40,327 nt of DNA from Teseptimavirus PDP351P2. Where the stretch lies: sequence record OZ035763.1; one strand, 5' to 3'. The translations under genes were made by a program, and so were the position numbers. Positions within the stretch are counted from its first letter, which is position 1; the number at the start of each line of letters is the position of its first letter. The notes under the pieces were generated by a model. That model did not search any database and was not told the origin of the DNA. It was given only the letters and a program-made list of their open reading frames with translations. Below are positions 17,896 to 27,801 of the stretch, in pieces.

Positions 17896-18333
17896 ATGAA
17901 GATTTGTTCTAAGTGTGGGAATGGAAAACCGCTCACCGAGTTCGGAAAGGCTTCCCGCATGAAGGACGGTCTCAGAACTTGGTGTAAGGAGTGCGTCCGC
18001 AAAGATAACAATGCGAGATACCATAAGCACGATTCTGAGAAGCGAGAGGCTCACAGGTGGAGTTCGCGCAAATCTCAAATCAAGAAGTATGGCCTGACAG
18101 TAGAGCAGTACGAAGAACTATGGAACTCTCAGGAAGGAAAGTGTAAGATATGTGGTGACGCTATAATGGCACACTCATCTGAGAGGCATAAGGTAGCTTG
18201 TATTGACCACGACCATTTGACTTTGAAGGTTCGTGGACTTCTATGTTGGCACTGCAATATTGGCTTAGGTAAATTCTTCGATTCTACAGATAGGTTGGAG
18301 AATGCCATAAGGTATCTTAAAGGAGAACTCTAA
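17896..18333 (+). CDS. Endonuclease VII-like (Endonuclease_7 family) protein with N-terminal Cys cluster, at the gene 4.7 position, 145 aa
   Basis: CSKCGNGKP...CKEC; KYGLTVEQYEELWNSQEGKCKICGD...ACIDHDHLTLKVRGLLCWHCNIGLGKF...YLKGEL; track ORF 17770..18333 is an upstream extension. Confidence 0.8.
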   Translation: MKICSKCGNGKPLTEFGKASRMKDGLRTWCKECVRKDNNARYHKHDSEKREAHRWSSRKSQIKKYGLTVEQYEELWNSQEGKCKICGDAIMAHSSERHKVACIDHDHLTLKVRGLLCWHCNIGLGKFFDSTDRLENAIRYLKGEL

Positions 18334-20291
18334 TGATTGTCTCAGACATTGAATCAAACGGTCTACTTGAGACCACTACCAAATTTCACTGTGCGGTTAT
18401 CTATGACTACAGTACAGGAGAGTATACCAACTATCGTCCCACAGACTTTAGTAAATACCTTGACGCATTAGAGGCTGAGGTTTCAAAGGGAGGACTGATA
18501 GTAGGGCATAACTTCACTAAATTTGATATCCCCGCGTTGACAAAACTTGCTAAGTTACAATTGAACCGAGAGTTCCACATTCCCCGTGAGAACTGTATCG
18601 ACACCCTTGTGCTGTCACGTTTGATTCACTCTAACCTAAAGGACACCGATATGGGTCTTCTGCGTTCCGGTAAGTTACCCGGCAAACGCTTTGGGTCTCA
18701 CGCTTTGGAGGCGTGGGGTTATCGCTTAGGCGAAATGAAAGGTGAATACAAAGACGACTTTAAGCGTATGCTTGAAGAGCAAGGTGAAGAATACGTTGAC
18801 GGAATGGAGTGGTGGAACTTCAACGAAGAGATGATGGACTATAACGTTCAGGACGTTGTGGTCACTAAGGCTCTCCTTGAGAAGCTACTCTCTGACAAAC
18901 ATTACTTCCCTCCTGAGATTGACTTTACGGACGTAGGTTACACTACGTTCTGGTCAGAATCCCTTGAGGCCGTTGACGTTGAACATCGCGCTGCATGGCT
19001 ACTCGCTAAGCAAGAGCGCAATGGATTCCCGTTTGACACGAAAGCAATCGAAGAGTTGTACGTAGAGTTAGCCGCTCGACGCTCTGAGTTGCTCCGTAAA
19101 TTGACCGAAACGTTCGGCTCGTGGTATCAGCCTAAAGGTGGCACCGAAATGTTCTGCCATCCGAGGACCGGTAAGCCACTACCTAAATACCCTCGCATTA
19201 AGACACCTAAAGTTGGTGGTATCTTTAAGAAGCCTAAGAACAAGGCACAGCGAGAGGGCCGTGAGCCTTGCGAACTGGATACCCGCGAGTACGTTGCTGG
19301 TGCTCCTTATACGCCAGTTGAGCACGTGGTGTTTAACCCTTCGTCTCGTGACCACATTCAGAAGAAACTCCAAGAGGCTGGGTGGGTCCCCACGAAGTAC
19401 ACCGATAAGGGTGCTCCTGTGGTGGACGATGAGGTACTCGAAGGAGTACGTGTAGATGACCCTGAGAAGCAAGCTGCTATCGACCTCATTAAAGAGTACC
19501 TGATGATTCAGAAGAGAATCGGACAGTCTGCTGAGGGAGACAAGGCATGGCTTCGTTACGTTGCTGAGGATGGTAAGATTCATGGTTCTGTTAACCCTAA
19601 TGGAGCAGTTACTGGTCGTGCGACCCATGCGTTCCCCAACCTTGCGCAAATTCCGGGTGTACGTTCTCCTTATGGAGAGCAGTGTCGCGCTGCTTTTGGC
19701 GCTGAGCACCATTTGGATGGACTGACTGGTAAGCCTTGGGTTCAGGCTGGTATCGACGCATCCGGTCTGGAGCTACGCTGCTTAGCCCACTTCATGGCTC
19801 GCTTTGATAACGGTGAGTATGCTCACGAGATTCTTAATGGCGACATCCACACTAAGAACCAGATGGCTGCTGAACTGCCTACCCGTGATAACGCTAAGAC
19901 GTTCATCTATGGGTTCCTTTATGGTGCTGGTGACGAGAAGATTGGGCAGATTGTTGGCGCTGGTAAAGAGCGCGGTAAGGAACTCAAGAAGAAATTCCTT
20001 GAGAACACCCCAGCGATTGCAGCACTCCGAGAGTCTATCCAACAGACACTTGTCGAGTCCTCTCAGTGGGTAGCTGGTGAACAGCAAGTCAAGTGGAAAC
20101 GCCGCTGGATTAAAGGTCTGGATGGTCGTAAGGTACACGTTCGTAGTCCTCACGCTGCCTTGAATACCCTACTGCAATCTGCTGGTGCTCTCATCTGCAA
20201 ACTGTGGATTATCAAGACCGAAGAGATGCTCGTAGAGAAAGGCTTGAAGCACGGCTGGGATGGGGACTTTGCGTACATGGCATGGGTGCAT
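18333..20291 (+). CDS. 5: DNA polymerase, exon 1 (codons 1-653)
   Basis: [13 protein letters not shown]...collinear with recalled T7 gp5 up to ...FAYMAWVH; track ORF runs into the intron to 20315. Confidence 0.92.
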
Positions 20292-20892
20292 AAACTATTT
20301 CATTGTGCACATTAAATCTGGTGAACTCGGTGAAACCCTAATGGGGCAATACCGAGCCAAGCCATAGGGAGGATATATGAGAGGCAAGAAGTTAATTCTT
20401 GAGGCCACTGAGACTGGCTGTATCATCCCTACGTCACACAAACTTAATGCCGATGGTTATTTCAGAAAGAAAACCAATGGCGTCTTAGAGATGTATCACA
20501 GAACGGTGTGGAAGGAGCATAACGGAGAAATACCTGAGGGCTTCGAGATAGACCATAAGTGTCGCAATAGGGCTTGCTGTAATATAGAGCATTTACAGAT
20601 GCTTGAAGGTACAGCCCACACTGTTAAGACCAACCGTGAACGCTACGCAGACAGAAAGGAAACAGCTAGGGAATACTGGCTGGAGACTGGATGTACCGGC
20701 CTAGCACTAGGTGAGAAGTTTGGTGTGTCGTTCTCTTCTGCTTGTAAGTGGATTAGAGAATGGAAGGCGTAGAGACTATCCGAAAGGAGTAGGGCCGAGG
20801 GTGAGACTCCCTCGTAACCCGAAGCGCCAGACAGTCAACTCAAAGACTGATGATATAGTCCGACACTCCTAGTAATAGGAGAATACAGAAAG
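20292..20892 (+). mobile_element. group I intron in DNA polymerase gene 5
   Basis: Removing 601 bp restores a 704-codon gp5 frame (WVH|DEIQVGCRTEE); exon ends in T, intron ends in G; intron GTGCAC (20305-20310) pairs with exon GTGCAT (20286-20291) giving U-G at the splice site; GATATAGTCC core-like element at 20853-20862. Confidence 0.8.
20377..20772 (+). CDS. intron-encoded HNH homing endonuclease, 131 aa
   Basis: SD GGGAGG; motifs YHRTVW, EIDHKCRNRACCNIEHL, H-T. Confidence 0.8.
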   Translation: MRGKKLILEATETGCIIPTSHKLNADGYFRKKTNGVLEMYHRTVWKEHNGEIPEGFEIDHKCRNRACCNIEHLQMLEGTAHTVKTNRERYADRKETAREYWLETGCTGLALGEKFGVSFSSACKWIREWKA

Positions 20893-21048
20893 GATGAAAT
20901 ACAAGTAGGTTGCCGTACCGAAGAGATTGCTCAGGTGGTCATTGAGACCGCACAAGAAGCAATGCGCTGGGTTGGAGACCACTGGAACTTCCGGTGTCTT
21001 CTGGATACCGAAGGTAAGATGGGTCCTAACTGGGCCGTATGTCATTGA
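20893..21048 (+). CDS. 5: DNA polymerase, exon 2 (codons 654-704)
   Basis: DEIQVGCRTEEIAQVVIETAQEAMRWVGDHWNFRCLLDTEGKMGPNWAVCH matches the recalled T7 gp5 C-terminus. Confidence 0.9.
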   Translation, partial: DEIQVGCRTEEIAQVVIETAQEAMRWVGDHWNFRCLLDTEGKMGPNWAVCH

Positions 21049-21067
21049 TTCTATAGGAGAAATTATT

Positions 21068-21367
21068 ATGGCTATGACAAAGAAATTTAAAGTGTCCTTC
21101 GACGTTACCGCCAAGATGTCGTCTGACGTTCAGGCAATCTTAGAGAAAGACATGCTACATCTATGCAAGCAGGTTGGCTCAGGCGCGATTGTCCCCAATG
21201 GTAAACAGAAGGAAATGATTGTCCAGTTCCTGACACACGGTATGGAAGGCTTGATGACATTCATAGTGCGTACAGCATTTCGTGAGGCCATCAAGGACAT
21301 GCACGAAGAGTATGCCGATAAGGACTCCTTCAAACTCTCTCCTGCAACTGTACGGGAGGTGTTCTGA
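21068..21367 (+). CDS. 5.5: gp5.5 homolog (H-NS-binding protein in T7), 99 aa
   Basis: MAMTKKFKVSFDVTAKMSSDVQAILEKD...; track ORF 20927..21367 is an upstream extension overlapping exon 2. Confidence 0.9.
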   Translation: MAMTKKFKVSFDVTAKMSSDVQAILEKDMLHLCKQVGSGAIVPNGKQKEMIVQFLTHGMEGLMTFIVRTAFREAIKDMHEEYADKDSFKLSPATVREVF

Positions 21368-21576
21368 TGTCTGACTACTTGAAAGTGCTGCAAGCAATCA
21401 AAGGTTGCCCTAAGACTTTCCAGTCCAACTATGTGCGTAACAATGCGAGCCTCGTAGCGGAGGCCGCTTCTCGTGGGCACATCTCGTGCCTGACCACAAG
21501 TGGACGTAACGGTGGTGCTTGGGAAATTACCGCTTCTGGTACTCGCTTTCTAAAACGAATGGGAGGTTGTGTATAA
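21367..21576 (+). CDS. 5.7: gp5.7 homolog, 69 aa
   Basis: MSDYLKVLQAIKGCPKTFQSNYVRNNASLVAEAASRGH... Confidence 0.9.
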   Translation: MSDYLKVLQAIKGCPKTFQSNYVRNNASLVAEAASRGHISCLTTSGRNGGAWEITASGTRFLKRMGGCV

Positions 21577-21734
21577 TGTCTCGTGACCTTGTGACTATTC
21601 CGCGCGATGTGTGGAACGATATGCAGGGCTACATCGACTCTCTGGAGCGTGAGAACGATAGCCTTAAGAATCAACTAATGGAAGCTGACAAATACGTGGC
21701 TGAGCTAGAGGAGAAACTTAATGGCGCTTCTTGA
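21576..21734 (+). CDS. 5.9: gp5.9 homolog (RecBCD inhibitor in T7), 52 aa
   Basis: MSRDLVTIPRDVWNDMQGYIDSLERENDSLKNQLMEADKYVAELEEKLNGAS. Confidence 0.85.
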   Translation: MSRDLVTIPRDVWNDMQGYIDSLERENDSLKNQLMEADKYVAELEEKLNGAS

Positions 21735-22623
21735 CCTTAAACAATTCTATGAGTTACGTGAAGGCTGTGACGACAAAGGTATCCTTGTTATGGATGGCGA
21801 CTGGCTGGTCTTCCAAGCGATGAGTGCTGCTGAGTTTGATGCCTCATGGGAGGAAGAGATTTGGCACCGCTGCTGCGACCACGCTAAGGCCCGTCAGATT
21901 CTTGAGGATTCCATCAAGTCCTACGAGACCCGCAAGAAGGCTTGGGTAGGTGCTCCGATTGTCCTTGCGTTCACCGATAGTGTTAACTGGCGTAAAGAAC
22001 TGGTTGACCCAAACTATAAAGCTAACCGCAAGGCCACTAAGAAACCTGTAGGTTACTTTGAGTTTCTTGACGCCCTCTTTGAGCGCGAAGAGTTCTATTG
22101 CATCCGTGAGCCTATGCTTGAGGGCGATGACGTTATGGGAGTTATTGCTTCCAATCCGTCTGCGTTTGGTGCTCGTAAGGCGGTAATCATCTCGTGCGAT
22201 AAGGACTTTAAGACCATCCCTAACTGTGACTTCCTGTGGTGTACCACTGGTAACATCCTAACTCAGACAGAAGAGTCCGCTGATTGGTGGCACCTCTTCC
22301 AGACAATCAAGGGTGACATCACTGATGGTTACTCAGGGATTGCTGGGTGGGGAGATACTGCCGAGGACTTCTTGAATAACCCGTTCATAACCGAGCCTAA
22401 AACGTCTGTGCTTAAGTCTGGCAAGAACAAAGGCCAAGAGGTTACTAAATGGGTTAAACGCGACCCTGAGCCTCATGAGACGCTTTGGGACTGCATTAAG
22501 TCCATTGGCGCTAAGGCTGGTATGACCGAAGAGGATATTATCAAGCAGGGCCAGATGGCTCGCATCCTTCGGTTCAACGAGTACAACTTTATTGACAAGG
22601 AGATTTACCTGTGGAGACCGTAG
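21721..22623 (+). CDS. 6: 5'-3' exonuclease (T7 gp6 homolog)
   Basis: 300 aa, collinear with recalled gp6. Confidence 0.95.
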   Translation: MALLDLKQFYELREGCDDKGILVMDGDWLVFQAMSAAEFDASWEEEIWHRCCDHAKARQILEDSIKSYETRKKAWVGAPIVLAFTDSVNWRKELVDPNYKANRKATKKPVGYFEFLDALFEREEFYCIREPMLEGDDVMGVIASNPSAFGARKAVIISCDKDFKTIPNCDFLWCTTGNILTQTEESADWWHLFQTIKGDITDGYSGIAGWGDTAEDFLNNPFITEPKTSVLKSGKNKGQEVTKWVKRDPEPHETLWDCIKSIGAKAGMTEEDIIKQGQMARILRFNEYNFIDKEIYLWRP

Positions 22624-22724
22624 CGTATATTGGCATTGGTATTTGTGTCCTAGGAATGGGCCTCATTGCGTGGGGCCTTTGGGACTTAGCCAGAATAATC
22701 AAGGCGTTACACGACACTAAGTGA
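22611..22724 (+). CDS. 6.3: gp6.3 homolog, small membrane peptide, about 37 aa
   Basis: Frame reads (V)ETVAYIGIGICVLGMGLIAWGLWDLARIIKALHDTK; probable GTG start after AAGGAG; start uncertain. Confidence 0.5.
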   Translation: METVAYIGIGICVLGMGLIAWGLWDLARIIKALHDTK

Positions 22725-22790
22725 TAAACTCAAGGTCCCTAAATTAATACGACTCACTATAGGGAGATAGGGGCCTTTATGATTATTACT
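22725..22790 (+). promoter_or_regulatory. RNase III site R6.5-like enclosing the phi6.5 promoter
   Basis: AAACTCAAGG...GGGGCCTTTATGATT flanks the promoter. Confidence 0.5.
22745..22767 (+). promoter_or_regulatory. T7 RNAP promoter phi6.5
   Basis: TAATACGACTCACTATAGGGAGA exact consensus. Confidence 0.9.
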
Positions 22791-22821
22791 TTAAGATTTA
22801 ACTCTAAGAGGAATCTTTATT

Positions 22822-23076
22822 ATGTTAACACCTATTAACCAATTACTTAAGAACCCTAACGATATTCCAGATGTACCTCGTGCAACCGCTGAGTATCTAC
22901 AGGTTCGATTCAACTATGCGTACCTCGAAGCGTCTGGTCATATAGGACTTATGCGTGCTAATGGTTGTAGTGAAGCCCACATCTTGGGTTTCATTCAGGG
23001 CCTACAGTATGCCTCTAACGTCATTGACGAGATTGAGCTACGCAAGGAACAACTAAGAGATGATGGGGAGGATTGA
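22822..23076 (+). CDS. 6.5: gp6.5 homolog
   Basis: 84 aa [36 protein letters not shown]... Confidence 0.9.
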
Positions 23077-23080
23077 CACT

Positions 23081-23347
23081 ATGTGTTTCTCACCGAAAAT
23101 TAAAACTCCGAAGATGGATACCAATCAGATTCGAGCCGTTGAGCCAGCGCCTCTGACCCAAGAAGTGTCAAGCGTGGAGTTCGGTGGGTCTTCTGATGAG
23201 ACGGATACCGAAGGCACCGAAGTGTCTGGACGCAAAGGCCTCAAGGTAGAACGCGATGATTCCGTAGCGAAGTCTAAAGCCAGCGGTTCTGGTTCAGCTC
23301 GTATGAAATCTTCTATCCGTAAAGCTGCCTTTGGAGGTAAGAAGTAA
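23081..23347 (+). CDS. 6.7: gp6.7 homolog (virion protein), 88 aa
   Basis: MCFSPKIKTPKMDTNQIRAVEPAP...; track ORF 23060..23347 is an upstream extension. Confidence 0.85.
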   Translation: MCFSPKIKTPKMDTNQIRAVEPAPLTQEVSSVEFGGSSDETDTEGTEVSGRKGLKVERDDSVAKSKASGSGSARMKSSIRKAAFGGKK

Positions 23348-23739
23348 TGTACGAAGTTATCGACTGTGAGAGTCGCTTTCCGGCAACCATTTGGACAGTA
23401 CGTCAGTTGGGTCTCCCTAAGGGATTCGCTGGGGAAGTAACGTATAGTCTCTACGTAGACGAAGTGATGGACGCCTCTGGTCTTGAAGAGTCCTTTGTGG
23501 TTGACTCTCAGGGTCGAAAGGTTGCGTACTTTGCGTGGAGCGTTGGCTCTGATGCGCATCATAAAGGGGACATTCTGGACCTGAACAGCGTGGTGATTAA
23601 TCCCTACGTCGAAGCTCCGGGAATCCAGAAGTTCCTGAGTAAGCACTTCAAGACGCTGGCGAAGCTGAACGATTGTGCTTGGGTGTCCCGTTGCAAACAC
23701 GAAGATGGGACTTTGAGAATTTACTTTAAGGAGGTTTAA
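23347..23739 (+). CDS. 7: gp7 homolog (virion/host-range protein)
   Basis: 130 aa MYEVIDCESRFPATIWTVRQLGLPKGFAGE... Confidence 0.85.
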   Translation: MYEVIDCESRFPATIWTVRQLGLPKGFAGEVTYSLYVDEVMDASGLEESFVVDSQGRKVAYFAWSVGSDAHHKGDILDLNSVVINPYVEAPGIQKFLSKHFKTLAKLNDCAWVSRCKHEDGTLRIYFKEV

Positions 23740-23741
23740 TC

Positions 23742-24020
23742 ATGGGTAAGGTAGTTAAGAAAGTCAAGAAGGCCGTTAAGAAAGTTGCTAAGGAAGTGAC
23801 CCGCCCGGTTAAACAGGTTGCTGGTGCGCTGGCTGGTGGTATTGGTGAAGCACAGGCAGTGGAAGCTCCGCAGGCTGCTGCACCGATTGTTGACGTACCT
23901 GAGAAAGAGGTTTCCACTGAGGACGAAGCACAGACCGAAAGCGGACGTAAGAAAGCTCGTGCTGGCGGTAAGAAGTCCTTGAGTGTGGCTCGTAGCTCCG
24001 GTGGGGGCATCAACATTTGA
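23742..24020 (+). CDS. 7.3: gp7.3 homolog (tail-associated protein)
   Basis: 92 aa lysine-rich MGKVVKKVKKAVKKVAKEVTRPVKQ... Confidence 0.85.
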   Translation: MGKVVKKVKKAVKKVAKEVTRPVKQVAGALAGGIGEAQAVEAPQAAAPIVDVPEKEVSTEDEAQTESGRKKARAGGKKSLSVARSSGGGINI

Positions 24021-24034
24021 ACAGGAGGTGACAC

Positions 24035-25645
24035 ATGGCTGAGAAACGAACAGGACTTGCGGAGGATGGCGCAAAGTCTGTATATGAGCGCTTAAAGAAC
24101 GACCGTGCTCCGTATGAGACACGCGCTCAGAATTGCGCTCAGTATACCATCCCCTCACTGTTCCCTAAGGACTCCGATAACTCCTCTACAGATTATACCA
24201 CGCCGTGGCAAGCTGTGGGCGCTCGTGGTCTAAACAATCTAGCATCTAAGCTCATGCTGGCGCTATTCCCGATGCAGACTTGGATGCGACTTACTATATC
24301 TGAATATGAAGCAAAGCAGCTACTGAGCGACCCCGATGGACTCGCTAAGGTCGATGAGGGTCTCTCGATGGTAGAGCGTATCATCATGAACTACATTGAG
24401 TCTAACAGTTACCGAGTGACTCTCTTTGAGGCTCTCAAGCAGTTAGTCGTAGCGGGTAACGTCCTGCTGTACCTACCGGAACCAGAAGGGTCAAACTATA
24501 ATCCCATGAAGCTGTACCGATTGTCTTCTTATGTGGTCCAACGAGACGCATTCGGCAACGTTCTGCAAATGGTGACTCGTGACCAGATAGCTTTTGGTGC
24601 TCTCCCTGAGGACATCCGTAAGGCTGTAGAAGGCCAAGGTGGAGAGAAGAAAGCTGATGAGACCGTTGATGTGTATACTCACATCTATCTGGATGAGGAC
24701 TCAGGTGAATACCTCCGGTACGAAGAGGTCGAGGGTATGGAAGTTCAAGGCTCCGATGGGTCTTACCCTAAAGAGGCTTGCCCATACATCCCGATTCGTA
24801 TGGTTCGTCTGGATGGCGAATCCTACGGTCGTTCGTACATTGAGGAATACTTAGGTGACTTACGGTCCCTTGAGAACCTCCAAGAGGCCATCGTTAAGAT
24901 GTCAATGATTAGCTCTAAGGTTATCGGCTTAGTGAATCCTGCTGGTATCACCCAGCCACGCCGACTGACCAAAGCTCAGACTGGTGACTTCGTTACTGGT
25001 CGTCCAGAAGACATCTCGTTCCTCCAACTGGAGAAGCAAGCAGACTTTACCGTAGCCAAGGCTGTCAGTGACGCTATCGAGGCTCGCCTTTCGTTTGCCT
25101 TTATGTTGAACTCTGCGGTTCAGCGCACAGGTGAACGAGTGACCGCCGAAGAGATTCGGTATGTCGCTTCTGAACTTGAAGATACTTTAGGTGGTGTCTA
25201 CTCTATCCTTTCTCAAGAATTACAATTGCCTCTGGTACGAGTGCTCTTGAAGCAACTACAAGCCACGCAACAGATTCCTGAGTTACCTAAGGAAGCCGTA
25301 GAGCCAACCATTAGCACAGGTCTGGAAGCAATCGGTCGAGGTCAAGACCTTGATAAGCTGGAGCGTTGTGTCGCTGCGTGGGCTGCTCTGGCTCCTATGC
25401 GTGATGACCCTGATATTAACTTGGCGATGATTAAGTTGCGCATTGCCAACGCTATCGGTATTGACACTTCTGGTATTCTACTCACCGAAGAACAGAAGCA
25501 ACAGAAGATGGCTCAACAGTCTATGCAAATGGGTATGGATAATGGTGCTGCTGCGCTGGCTCAAGGTATGGCTGCACAGGCTACAGCTTCACCTGAGGCG
25601 ATGGCTGCTGCTGCTGATTCCGTAGGTTTACAGCCGGGCATTTAA
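24035..25645 (+). CDS. 8: portal (head-tail connector) protein (T7 gp8 homolog)
   Basis: 536 aa, collinear with recalled gp8. Confidence 0.97.
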   Translation: MAEKRTGLAEDGAKSVYERLKNDRAPYETRAQNCAQYTIPSLFPKDSDNSSTDYTTPWQAVGARGLNNLASKLMLALFPMQTWMRLTISEYEAKQLLSDPDGLAKVDEGLSMVERIIMNYIESNSYRVTLFEALKQLVVAGNVLLYLPEPEGSNYNPMKLYRLSSYVVQRDAFGNVLQMVTRDQIAFGALPEDIRKAVEGQGGEKKADETVDVYTHIYLDEDSGEYLRYEEVEGMEVQGSDGSYPKEACPYIPIRMVRLDGESYGRSYIEEYLGDLRSLENLQEAIVKMSMISSKVIGLVNPAGITQPRRLTKAQTGDFVTGRPEDISFLQLEKQADFTVAKAVSDAIEARLSFAFMLNSAVQRTGERVTAEEIRYVASELEDTLGGVYSILSQELQLPLVRVLLKQLQATQQIPELPKEAVEPTISTGLEAIGRGQDLDKLERCVAAWAALAPMRDDPDINLAMIKLRIANAIGIDTSGILLTEEQKQQKMAQQSMQMGMDNGAAALAQGMAAQATASPEAMAAAADSVGLQPGI

Positions 25646-25665
25646 TACGACTCACTATAGGGAGA
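25643..25665 (+). promoter_or_regulatory. T7 RNAP promoter phi9
   Basis: TAATACGACTCACTATAGGGAGA exact consensus. Confidence 0.9.
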
Positions 25666-25744
25666 CCTCATCTTTGAAATGAGCGATGACAAGAGGTTGG
25701 AGTCCTCGGTCTTCCTGTAGTTCAACTTTAAGGAGATAATAATA

Positions 25745-26668
25745 ATGGCTGAATCTAATGCAGACGTATATGCATCTTTTGGCGTGAACTCCGCTGTGAT
25801 GTCTGGTGGTTCCGTTGAGGAACATGAGCAGAATATGCTGGCTCTTGATGTTGCTGCCCGTGATGGCGATGATGCAATCGAGTTAGCGTCCGACGAAGTG
25901 GAAACAGAACGTGACCTGTATGACAACTCTGACCCATTCGGTCAAGAGGATGACGAAGGCCGCATTCAGGTTCGTATTGGCGATGGCTCTGAGCCGACCG
26001 ATGCGGACACTGGAGAAGAAAGCGTTGAGGGCACCGAAGGTTCCGAAGAGTTTACCCCGCTGGGTGAGACTCCAGAAGAACTGGTAGCTGCCTCTGAGCA
26101 ACTTGGTGAGCACGAAGAGGGCTTCCAAGAGATGATTAACATTGCTGCCGAGCGTGGCATGAGTGCCGAGACCATCGAGGCCATCCAGCGTGAGTACGAG
26201 GAGAACGAAGAGTTGTCCGCTGAGTCCTACGCTAAGCTGGCTGAAATTGGCTACACTAAGGCTTTCATCGACTCGTACATTCGCGGTCAAGAAGCTCTGG
26301 TGGAGCAGTACGTAAACAGTATCGTTGAGTACGCTGGTGGTCGTGAGCGTTTTGACGCACTCTATAGTCACCTTGAGACGCACAATCCTGAGGCTGCACA
26401 GTCGCTGGACAATGCGTTGACCAATCGTGACTTAGCGACCGTTAAGGCCATCATCAACTTGGCTGGTGAGTCTCGCGCTAAGGCGTTTGGTCGTAAGCCA
26501 ACTCGTAGTGTGACTAATCGTGCTATTCCGGCTAAACCTCAGGCTACCAAGCGTGAAGGCTTTGCTGACCGTAGCGAGATGATTAAAGCTATGAGCGACC
26601 CTCGGTATCGCACAGATGCCAACTATCGTCGTCAAGTCGAACAGAAAGTAATCGACTCGAACTTCTGA
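25745..26668 (+). CDS. 9: capsid assembly scaffolding protein (T7 gp9 homolog)
   Basis: 307 aa, acidic, MAESNADVYASFGVNSAVMSGG... Confidence 0.95.
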   Translation: MAESNADVYASFGVNSAVMSGGSVEEHEQNMLALDVAARDGDDAIELASDEVETERDLYDNSDPFGQEDDEGRIQVRIGDGSEPTDADTGEESVEGTEGSEEFTPLGETPEELVAASEQLGEHEEGFQEMINIAAERGMSAETIEAIQREYEENEELSAESYAKLAEIGYTKAFIDSYIRGQEALVEQYVNSIVEYAGGRERFDALYSHLETHNPEAAQSLDNALTNRDLATVKAIINLAGESRAKAFGRKPTRSVTNRAIPAKPQATKREGFADRSEMIKAMSDPRYRTDANYRRQVEQKVIDSNF

Positions 26669-26681
26669 TAGACTCTGAAAT

Positions 26682-26704
26682 TAATACGACTCACTATAGG
26701 GAGA
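26682..26704 (+). promoter_or_regulatory. T7 RNAP promoter phi10
   Basis: TAATACGACTCACTATAGGGAGA followed by CCACAACGGTTTCCCTCTAGAAAT leader and strong SD AAGGAG. Confidence 0.9.
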
Positions 26705-26766
26705 CCACAACGGTTTCCCTCTAGAAATCATTCTTTGTTTAACTTTCTTAAGAAGGAGACATACAT

Positions 26767-27801
26767 ATGGCTAACATGACTGGTGGACAGCAACTGGGTA
26801 CTAACCAAGGTAAAGGCGTAAGTACGGGTTCCGATAAACTGGCGTTGTTCTTGAAGGTATTTGGCGGTGAAGTCCTTACTGCGTTCGCTCGTACCTCCGT
26901 GACCACTTCTCGCCACATGGTCCGTTCCATCTCCAGCGGTAAATCCGCTCAGTTCCCTGTTCTGGGTCGCACTCAGGCAGCGTATCTGGCTCCGGGTGAG
27001 AACCTCGACGATAAACGTAAAGACATCAAACACACCGAGAAGGTAATCACCATTGATGGTCTCCTGACTGCTGACGTTCTGATTTACGACATTGAGGACG
27101 CGATGAACCACTACGACGTTCGCTCTGAGTACACCTCTCAGTTAGGTGAATCTCTGGCGATGGCTGCGGATGGTGCGGTTCTGGCAGAGATTGCTGGCCT
27201 GTGTAACTTGGCGAGCGCATCTGATGAGAACATTGCAGGTCTGGGCACTGCCACTGTGATTGAGACCACTCAGGTCAAGACTGCACTTACCGACCAAGTT
27301 GCTCTTGGTAAGGAGATTATTGCGGCTCTGACTAAAGCTCGTGCGGCTCTGACCAAGAACTATGTACCAGCGGCTGACCGTGTGTTCTACTGCGACCCTG
27401 ATAGCTACTCTGCGATTCTGGCTGCACTGATGCCGAACGCTGCTAACTACGCTGCACTGATTGACCCTGAGCGCGGCTCTATCCGCAACGTTATGGGCTT
27501 CGAGGTGGTTGAGGTTCCACACCTGACGGCTGGTGGCGCTGGCACCTCTCGTTCTGATGCTACTGGTCAGAAACATGCCTTCCCCGAAGGCGTTGGCGGT
27601 AACAACAAGGTGTCTAAAGTCAACGTTATCGGCCTGTTCATGCATCGTTCTGCGGTTGGTACTGTGAAGCTGCGTGACTTGGCTCTGGAACGTGCTCGTC
27701 GAGCTAACTTCCAAGCGGACCAGATTATCGCTAAGTACGCAATGGGCCACGGTGGTCTGCGCCCAGAAGCTGCTGGTGCAGTGGTTTTCAAAGCGGGGTA
27801 A
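26767..27801 (+). CDS. 10A: major capsid protein 10A
   Basis: 344 aa MANMTGGQQLGTNQGKGVSTGSDKLALFLKVFGGEVLTAFAR... Confidence 0.97.
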   Translation: MANMTGGQQLGTNQGKGVSTGSDKLALFLKVFGGEVLTAFARTSVTTSRHMVRSISSGKSAQFPVLGRTQAAYLAPGENLDDKRKDIKHTEKVITIDGLLTADVLIYDIEDAMNHYDVRSEYTSQLGESLAMAADGAVLAEIAGLCNLASASDENIAGLGTATVIETTQVKTALTDQVALGKEIIAALTKARAALTKNYVPAADRVFYCDPDSYSAILAALMPNAANYAALIDPERGSIRNVMGFEVVEVPHLTAGGAGTSRSDATGQKHAFPEGVGGNNKVSKVNVIGLFMHRSAVGTVKLRDLALERARRANFQADQIIAKYAMGHGGLRPEAAGAVVFKAG

